The notes under the pieces are model-generated. The model was not told the DNA's origin, ran no database searches, and saw only the letters and a list, made by a program, of their open reading frames with translations. 64,000 bases of DNA from Anthoceros angustus (lineage: Eukaryota > Plantae > Anthocerotophyta), in contig MU008158.1 in NCBI GenBank assembly GCA_010909165.1, forward strand, positions 955,478 to 1,019,477, read 5' to 3'. The position numbers and the translations under genes were made by a program. The number at the start of each line of letters is the position of its first letter. Positions within the stretch are counted from its first letter, which is position 1. Of this stretch, positions 55,495-64,000 are shown in pieces.

Positions 55495-56172
55495 TAAATA
55501 AGCTCGTCGTGCAAGGCTTCAAAGCTGGAACCTCAAGTGCATTTTCAGTGTCAACGCTGGTCGACATGTAGTTGGCCGGTTTGTACACATCGGCCAGTGA
55601 AAATTCCGAGCCTGTTTCTCCAAGCGACGGTCATCCGGGTGAGTAACAATTCAGTTCCGCGTCTCCTTCTCCAAGCGACGGGCATTCGTTACACGGTTGG
55701 TTGGACCGGCCGTGGCATGGATTAAAGATATCGTAGAGGCCTCCGGTTTTGGACAATAATATATATTTATTTATTTAGATGCTTTAACAGCTCCAAAGCA
55801 AGGAAGCCTGACATGCTCCGTGACGGCGGGGTTCGATCTAGTGAACAATTGCAGGAAATATTTTTAAAAACTGATAATATATCCTCATCTTGGAAGAGGC
55901 TGTTTTTCTTTCTTCCTTTTTCATGTTTTATGTGACTGAAGAAAAGAAGCCAATGCTTTTTGGAACTCTCCGCATTAGTTCCTTTAAGGAATTTCCATGA
56001 AGCGAGCTAGAAGGTAGGCTTCTCTCAAGTCCATGAAATGCAGGGCATACGAAAACGAAGTGCTATCGCCAATAGGTATACAGTAAATAAGCTCGTCGTG
56101 AAAGGCTTTGAAGTTGAACCTCAAGAGTGCATTCACAGTGTCAACTCTGGTCGACGTGTGGTTGGCCGGTTT
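55495..56172. repeat. About 85-bp dispersed direct repeat upstream of GH3 (55495-55582 and 56085-56172)
   Basis: aaata(a)gctcgtcgtg.aaggctt...aacctcaag..tgcatt..cagtgtcaac.ctggtcgac.tgt.gttggccggttt in both copies. Confidence 0.85.
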
Positions 56173-56438
56173 TCTGCTAGCTAGCCAACTGCACATGCGA
56201 CAAGAGACTACGGTTCACCACAATAACAGAGAACGATCGATCAGAGGTCTTATGGCTCACAGGATGCCAGCCATCCAGGATACGGAATTCAATTATTCGT
56301 GCCCACTTCACGTGCATTGTTGATCAGGTAGCTGCAGCTGTCCCAGCTCTGCAGATCTCTTCCCAACACACCAGCAGTAGCGCTTGATAGAAAGCCTGAA
56401 CTTCTGTTTCCGTCCAGGCTATTGAGCTAGTTCGAGCC

Positions 56439-58588
56439 ATGACTGCACCACGAGATGGGCCTGCGTGGCCTAGCGATCAGGAGATTTTAGCGGAAATTGA
56501 AGCTGTCAGCGAGGACTCAGCGACTGTCCAACACCAATTGCTGCAAGGCATCTTAGAAAAGCATGGCTCCTGCCATTATCTGCAAAAACTGGGCTTGGAT
56601 GAGAGGACTACATTGGAGACTTTCAAAGCCAGAGTGCCCCTTTCTAAGGATGCAGACTACCTTGACGATTTTGAGAAGATTTTGGACGGGAACAGGGAGC
56701 CTCTTCTGTGCTGCTCCCTTCCTATTGCGTTTGTCAGAAGGTTGACGGTTCTGCCACTGCTCCTTGTTTGCACTTATTGGAACAGCAGCTTGCTAACATC
56801 ACGATCGCTGATATGCGGAGTTGTATCGTGCTTTGAACTCGTGCAGTTCCGGGACTTCTGCTGGTAAAACGAAGTACTTCCCAGTGACTGAGGAATCCGC
56901 TCAGGGCCTTCTACTAGCGCATCCAAGAGCAATAAGACAAAGGTATGTAACTGTTCATCACCTATATCGTTCTGCAGCCTGTAAGGTTGTTTGTCTGCAC
57001 TACTTGAAACATTGTGAGCCTGTTGAATGTGCAGCTGCTTCCCCAGCAAACTGCCTCCTGGAGTAGGGAGGGCTGGTGTTGTCTTCACTGCAGGAAAGAG
57101 GCAAGACACCAAAAGTGGTGCCAAGGCCAGCACAGTCGTAACAAGATGCCTGGATACCGAGGAATTCGAGTACTTTCACAAGCACGTGGCCCGAATCGCA
57201 AGCCCGATAGAAGTACTGCGAGCTGAGGATATCCACCATGCGATGTATGGTCATCTCCTCTGTCTACTGGCTCAAGCCGATGTTGTCGAAAGCATTGAGT
57301 CCGTCTTTGCGTACTCGATGGCGGAGCTGTTCCGATCTCTTGAGGCATGGTGGCCAAGCCTGTGTCATGACATCAAGACAGCAGATGTGAACAAGGACAT
57401 TGTTACCGATTCTGCAATCAGAGAAGCAATCCTGTCCACGGTGAGTACATACACTGTGATGTCCGCAGGCTCATATTCCTTCACATTAGTCTTGGATCAT
57501 TCAGGAAAGAGCGTTACAGCCTTCACCTCTGACTTGCAAGTTGTTCAAACTGCTAGGTGTTGTCAAAGCCCCTTCCAGATATCGCAGACCGTATTCAGCA
57601 GGAGTTCAAGGAGGGGCAGCGGAATGGAATTGTTCTGCGCCTGTTCCCCAACCTCCAGTACCTAGTTTGTACCAGTACGGGTCCCATGAAACCATTCTCC
57701 GCTGTTCTTGATCGGTACACAAGCAAGGACTTCCCAAAGTTGGCATTTGGTTACGGCTGCTCTGAAGCGGGCCATTGCGCCTTCGCCTTGAAGAAGACTC
57801 TCCATGATCCTGAAGCCTTTTGCTTCTGGCCAAAGGTCGCCTTCTACGAGTTTCTTCCAGTAGCACAGGATGAAGCAAGGGCTGCCGAACTCGCTGGGGT
57901 GGCAGGGGCAGTGGAGTATCGAGAGGAGCAGAGGCCTGTGGAGCTGACAGAAGTGAAGCTGGGCCAAAAGTATGAGCTTGTTCTCACCACTCCAGCAGGA
58001 TTGTACCGTTACCGCACAGAGGACATCGTCCAGGTGACAGACTTCCACATGTCGCTCCCGATCTTCAAATTCGTCTGCCGCAAAGGAGTGATGCTGAGCA
58101 TCAATACCGACAAAACTGACGAATCTGAGCTGCAGATTGTGATGTACAAGGCCACTGAAAGGCTGGAACAAGGGCTTGATGTCACTCTTGCTAATTATTC
58201 CAGCTTTGCTGACCATTCCACTACTCCTGGCCACTATGTGATCTACTGGGAGCTGGAAAACGCACCAGCGGCAAGCCCTCCTGATGCAGAGCATGTTTTG
58301 CAGGAATGCTGTGACCTGCTGGACTCCTCGCTCAACGAGCCCTACCGACGAGGACGAAAAAATGGATCCATCGGCCCTTTGGAGCTAAAACTCGTCAAGC
58401 AGGGAACATTCACAAACTTGAGAAACTATGCTGTGGGGCGAGGTTCCAATCTGTCACAGTACAAGACTCCTCGCTGCGTGGTTAACCCCGCCATGTCGGA
58501 AATCCTGAACGAAGGGGTAGAACATTCTTTTCGGAGCTCCTTCACGATTTGGGAGAGCATTCAGAATGTAGGCCTGAAAACCTTTTAA
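56439..58588 (+). CDS. GH3: GH3 acyl-acid amido synthetase, 4 exons
   Basis: FKARVPL; motif I SSGTSAG; motif II YGCSE; YELVLTTPAGLYRYRTEDIV; LSINTDKTDE; PGHYVIYWE; SIGPLELKLV; SQYKTPRC. Confidence 0.95.
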
Positions 58589-59810
58589 TGCTAACGGCGC
58601 CGGTCTCTGCAAGTGTTGAATTACAGAAGACCTAAAAATCACAACCCTGCTTATTTGTCCCGACACAGGGCTTTACTCCTCACGTACAGAGTTTTCGGCT
58701 GTACGTATCTTGGCAGAGTTGGAAAAATATATGGCCAAAATTGTGACCGGTGTTAACTCAAAGCTCTTTATGGCTATCCGGTTTTGTGTTTGCTCCAACA
58801 GCGCAGGTTGCAACCCCAAATAATATATATGCCTTTAGTTATTTTTTCCAAACATAGGTCCTAAATAATGTGAATGGTTCCTTTATTCTGCTCATCTTTC
58901 CCTGTACTCAACAACATTCTTTTTGGTCTTTATGGTTTTTGGTCGACCTATGATCTTTATCTTGATGCTTGCTTACACATGAAATCCCATCATAACAATC
59001 AGATTTAATTCGATAAATAGTATCAAAATACTAAATAAATATGAAATAGAAAATCCAAAATAGGTTGCACTTCATAGAGTTAATTTTAATATTTGATAGG
59101 TAAGAACAAGTTCCACAACATCACAAATCTCGACCTAGTACCATCCCTACTAACCACCACGGTAAGGCTATCCAAAAATACCAACCCACCTCTTTCGAAG
59201 TTAACTCTAAATGACCAGGGGGTGTGGAAGGTTTTTTCAAAGAAATACTCTCCACACACTTGTAATTCCATGTAAAATCGTGTGAGCCTTCATCAAATCC
59301 GTGAAAATGGAGGGGACATGCCCTCCTTCTCCTCTTCAGGATGGGCTCACCCTTGTTGGCATTTCAGGTGTGAGGCGGTAACTGCGGCCCTTGAAACTTT
59401 CATAGATTTCTTTCTGTGAGTGCAGCTTAAACCACGAATCATGATTTCAACCACCAAAACAGGCAATCTTCATATAGGAAGGTGCATCTCTACATAGGCT
59501 GCATATCCTGAGAAAATTGCACGCATAAGTAGAAAGTGCAAGCTGCTATGTGCAAAACTTTAGTGTCCTACTATGAACAACCAAACTCCGAAAGAAACTC
59601 GTAACCCACCATGCTCCTATCCCTAACTCAAAGCGCGCTACTCAATGTGCATATTGCACGGATGCAGTCCATTCTTTGTCTTCCTGTGATTGGTTGTGGG
59701 AAATCAGGTGTGTGACTGCTCCAGGCCACTTGACCTCCTCCCGCAAGTTTGTCCTTCGAACACGCACTCGCCACCCGTTAGACAATCAAAGCAAATAAAA
59801 CCATCACCAA

Positions 59811-59873
59811 CTAGAATTCACTTTCCTCACCGGCTAGAATTCACTTTCCTCACCGGCTAGAATTCACTTTCCT
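59811..59873. repeat. 23-bp tandem repeat, about 2.7 copies
   Basis: ctagaattcactttcctcaccgg repeated. Confidence 0.95.
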
Positions 59874-60459
59874 TTATAGACTCTGGTGCCCCCTTCCAAA
59901 ACCGAGCCCCTTTCCCAGCATATGTGCGATGGTGAAAATAACAGGAGCAAGTGGGCAAAACATCGGCAAGGCCAGGAGTGCAATACCGGGCGGTGACAGA
60001 GAGAAGCCGGTGGCTCTAGGACCACATCTCTAGCCATTCGGGAGAGCGGGGTAGTAGTTTAGCTGGGTTTCCGTGCCCCAGCCTCTTCGTAGAAATGGCT
60101 TGGGTTCACTCCTCGACCCATGATTGGGCCTTTCCATGCCATTTCTTATCCCTTCTCTCCTCAATTGATCTTGATGCAAGAGGGGGATAAGTTTCTTGTG
60201 CAGCTGGGTGGAGTGACCGGGATCGGCAAAAGCGACATACACGATCACGGTGCTGGCCGGAGCTTTCGTTTTTTTGTAACTAGAGCAAATATATGCGCAA
60301 AGTCTCAAAACGAGACGGTTACTAGGCATTTGGGGTTAACAAACTTCATAATAATCAAACTTCATAGGTACCGGAGTAGCATCGTATGCCAAGAACCCTA
60401 TGCTTGCGCCAAGAACCCCATGTCAAGCATACGGTTATTGCTAATGCTTACATGCATTT

Positions 60460-61325
60460 TTATAATTATTTTACTGATAATTATCTATATTAGAAAATAT
60501 CTGTGTATGCCCAAGATCTTCCCTTCCGTCCGGACTTCACCTGCTCTATTCAGTTGAGGGAAGCCAATGCCCTAAGGTTTCTTTATGAGCCTAAGCGAAA
60601 ATGATGTAGATACCCAAGCTGGCCTCCTGTTTGCAATCGAGCTTGCTTGAAACTTCATGTATCTGCATCAAATAGAGCTGGGTTGCTGCACCGTACAGCA
60701 AACTTCAGAACCCGAAAGGCATGTCTCCTTAAATGCCTATTTATGACTGATCTACCTAATTACCTACGTATTAATTGAATTGCTATAATTACTTTCAAGA
60801 TAATTATCTATACTAGAAAATGGATGTTGCCTACGGTCTTCCGTTCCGTCTGGATTCCACTTGCTCCATTCGACTGAGCAAAGCAAAAAATGATGTGCAT
60901 ACCCAAGCTGACCTCTTGCTTGCAACTAAGCTTGCTTGAAACTTCACATGTCTGTTTCAGCTAAGCTTACTTAACATTTCACATATTTGCTTCAGTTGAG
61001 CTTGCTTGAAACTTCACGTCTCTACTTCAGCTAAGCTTACTTAATACTTCACGTGTCTACTTCAGTTGAGCTTGCTTGAAATGTCACATCTCTGTTTCAG
61101 CACACCTCCTTAAATGCCTATTCATGACTTATTCACCTAACTAGCTTCGGATTAATTGAATTACCATAATTACTTTTAAATTATCTATTTTGAAAAATAG
61201 GTATGCATGCCTACGGTCTTCCGTTCCGTCTAAACTTCACCTGTTTTGTTCGGCTGAGCAAAGCCAAAAATGATGTGCATACCCTAGCTGACCTCTTGTT
61301 TGTAGCAGAGCTTGCTTGAAACTTT
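60460..61325. repeat. Three imperfect copies of a 320-380-bp unit, with nested ~30-bp subrepeats
   Basis: tcttcc(c/g)ttccgtc at about 60517/60836/61216; aaaatgatgt..atacc..agctg.cctc; gcttgcttgaaactt repeated several times at 60930-61090. Confidence 0.85.
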
Positions 61326-61380
61326 GCATCGCTACATACATGAAGAAATTGTCTTTTCTCAAACAAAGTTTGTTAACTTC

Positions 61381-63666
61381 TTGAAGTAAACTTCAACGAC
61401 ATAATATTAACTTCAGCGAACTCAAATAAGAAACGTGACCAGTAGTAGCGCTCCACATACCTATAGTGATATGAAGGCATTACTTTTATGCGAACTTACT
61501 TGTCATTACTTTGTACTTCAAGACCGTGCTTAAGATAACTAAAATGGCGCCATAGTTAGTACAACACACTTCCTTTCCATTTTTATACTAGAAATTTAAT
61601 TTTGGGATGCTATTTTTTATACAAACTTGCAGTCTTTTAGTCCTCACAGTTATCTGAACTTTAAAAGTCATGGTTGTATGTTAACTTCAATGTTGCTTCG
61701 ACGAAAGTGAATAGGTATATCATGCAAACTTACTTGTCACCACATGTACTCTCCACTGAACATGCATACATGTATTGTTCGATGTGATGCTGAGATAACT
61801 AAAGTGGCATGAACATTTTTTGTATATTCAGACTGCAAGGCTTCCGAGTTTGCTTTTTAAACATTACTCTTCATTCTCCTGTTGTGCATATCAGCTATAA
61901 CTGCCATGTCTCTTACATATTCAAAGATGAATCGTTTGAACCGCCATATGCAACATCACTTGGAGGAGGTGCAGAGAACTAACCTGGAAGCATGGGTTGT
62001 CACTCAAATTCTTGATAGCGTGCAACCGGAACTCAAATTCATTTCTTGCAATTAGCAGATTTGTTTCTTCGAGGCAAACCATCTTACGTTGAACACCATT
62101 GCCGAAGTTACAATCTAAAAGACCTCGTACACTACGGTGGCCATCAAATCATAGAGCATAAGAGCCTTGACTTCATAAGGATATTCAATCCATACAAGGC
62201 ATTTTTCAATTTGTAACTGCCTTTGGATAGCATGGGTAGTCCAAGTAGAACACCTAATATCCTAGAGGCATAGATTCTAAATCGGCATCCGGTTCTTAAA
62301 GGCAAGAGATTTTTCTGGGTAGGTATGCGCTCCTCAAACGCGTTTGTATTTGTAGATGGCTCTCCCATGGACATTTCCTTCGTGCATTCATTTGAATATA
62401 ACCCTCACGATTTCCAATTTACAATTCCATACAATGATCTTCGTGCTTTTGAACTCACGGTTCCATGGAAAGCTTCTAATTTGGTCATCGCTCCAATTGT
62501 CTACGATGCACACCCACGACTTGAACAATTGTTGAAGTAAACTTCAACATAATATTAACTTCAGCGAACTCAAATAAGAAACGTGACCAGTAGTAGCGCT
62601 CCACATACCTATAGTGATATGAAGGCATTACTTTTATGCGAACTTACTTGTCATTACTTTGTACTTCAAGACCGTGCTTAAGATAACTAAAATGGCGCCA
62701 TAGTTAGTACAACACACTTCCTTTCCATTTTATACTAGAAATTTAATTTTGGGATGCTATTTTTATACAAACTTGCGTCTTTTAGTCCTCACGATTATCC
62801 GAACTTTAAAAGTCATGGTTGTATGTTAACTTCAATGTTGCTTGACGAAAGTGAATAGGTATATCATGCAAACTTACTTGTCACCACATGTACTCTCCGA
62901 ACATGCATACATGTATTGTTCGATGTGATGCTGAGATAACTAAAGTGGCATGCCAACATATATTTTCGGACTGCAAGGCTTAGAGTTTGCTTTTTAAACA
63001 TTACTCTTCATTCTCTGTTGTGCATCACTATAAGCGCCATGTCTCTTACATATTCAAAGATGAATCGTTTGAACCGCCATATGCAACATCACTTGGAGGA
63101 GGTGCAGAGAACTAACCTGGAAGCATGGGTTGTCACTCAAATTCTTGATAGCGTGCAACCGGAACTCAAATTCATTTCTTGCAATTAGCAGATTTGTTTC
63201 TTCGAGGCAAACCATCTTACGTTGAACACCATTGCCGAAGTTACAATCTAAAAGACCTCGTACACTACGGTGGCCATCAAATCATAGAGCATAAGAGCCT
63301 TGACTTCATAAGGATATTCAATCCATACAAGGCATTTTTCAATTTGTAACTGCCTTTGGATAGCATGGGTAGTCCAAGTAGAACACCTAATATCCTAGAG
63401 GCATAGATTCTAAATCGGCATCCGGTTCTTAAAGGCAAGAGATTTTTCTGGGTAGGTATGCGCTCCTCAAACGCGTTTGTATTTGTAGATGGCTCTCCCA
63501 TGGACATTTCCTTCGTGCATTCATTTGAATATAACCCTCACGATTTCCAATTTACAATTCCATACAATGATCTTACGTGCTTTTGAACTCACGGTTCCAT
63601 GGAAAGCTTCTAATTTTGGTCGCTCAATTGTCTCGATGCACACCCGACTTGAACAATTGTTGAAGT
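61381..63666. repeat. About 1.14-kb near-identical tandem duplication
   Basis: ttgaagtaaacttcaac at 61381 and 62532; identical 76-aa ORFs at 62144 and 63277 (offset 1133). Confidence 0.95.
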
Positions 63667-64000
63667 AGAAGCAGCGGCAGTCGATTACGAGCTTGGAGGC
63701 AAATCCAAGCTTGAGAACCGAACAAACAAGTGTTTTAATCATCTTCGAATAAACTAAGTTGTTGCATGGTGCCCACTTCCTAGAATATTGGCTTCGTTGG
63801 TATTTGCACATCGTTCATATTCAACAGTTCGATGGGTTTTCAAATGGAAATTGTGAGAAAACGTCTTCTCAAAAATTTATTGCTGAAACGTTTGTAGCTG
63901 GTATAGAAAAGCACTTTGGTACTACCACTGAAAATTCATTAAACTTTGTCCACAATATGATTGCACATCAATATATATAAACTTCTAAATGACTTATTGA

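Noticed and set aside
59811-61325. Short repeats considered as a CRISPR-like array
   Set aside because: Head-to-tail units without unique spacers, no cas genes, eukaryotic context.
62144-63507. Identical 76-aa ORFs at 62144 and 63277
   Set aside because: Identity simply reflects the tandem duplication; no coding signature.

Overview
Eukaryotic, gene-dense land-plant nuclear DNA with many short GT-AG introns (mostly about 70-140 nt). An intact axonemal gene (CFAP57) implies a lineage with flagellated sperm; compactness and intron size suggest a bryophyte, plausibly a hornwort (inference). Gene order: 3' part of an SDN5/REXO-type exonuclease; four intronless single-domain Gnk2/DUF26 secreted proteins; a WAK receptor kinase; a plant 4TM membrane protein; a 5-exon, 199-aa gene the ORF track fragments (degenerate EF-hand plus 'PLTxxQEYGW' motif, resembling ciliary microtubule inner proteins); CFAP57/WDR65 with a long Ser/Pro tail; a 7TM protein resembling the plant RGS1 membrane domain but with no RGS box; a repeat/Helitron-like patch; PDIL1-5/1-6-type PDI; a Cys-motif membrane protein; GRWD1; sphingolipid delta-4 desaturase; FtsH11; an intronless class-3 lipase; a tandem duplication carrying one disrupted and one intact ALT thioesterase; UTR7; a GH3 with an altered motif III; and a terminal repeat-rich region. 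No rRNA, tRNA or CRISPR array was recognised. All family calls come from recalled motifs, not database searches. The most interesting candidates are the hidden MIP-like gene beside CFAP57, the RGS-less 7TM protein, and the Gnk2 array divergent from the WAK.
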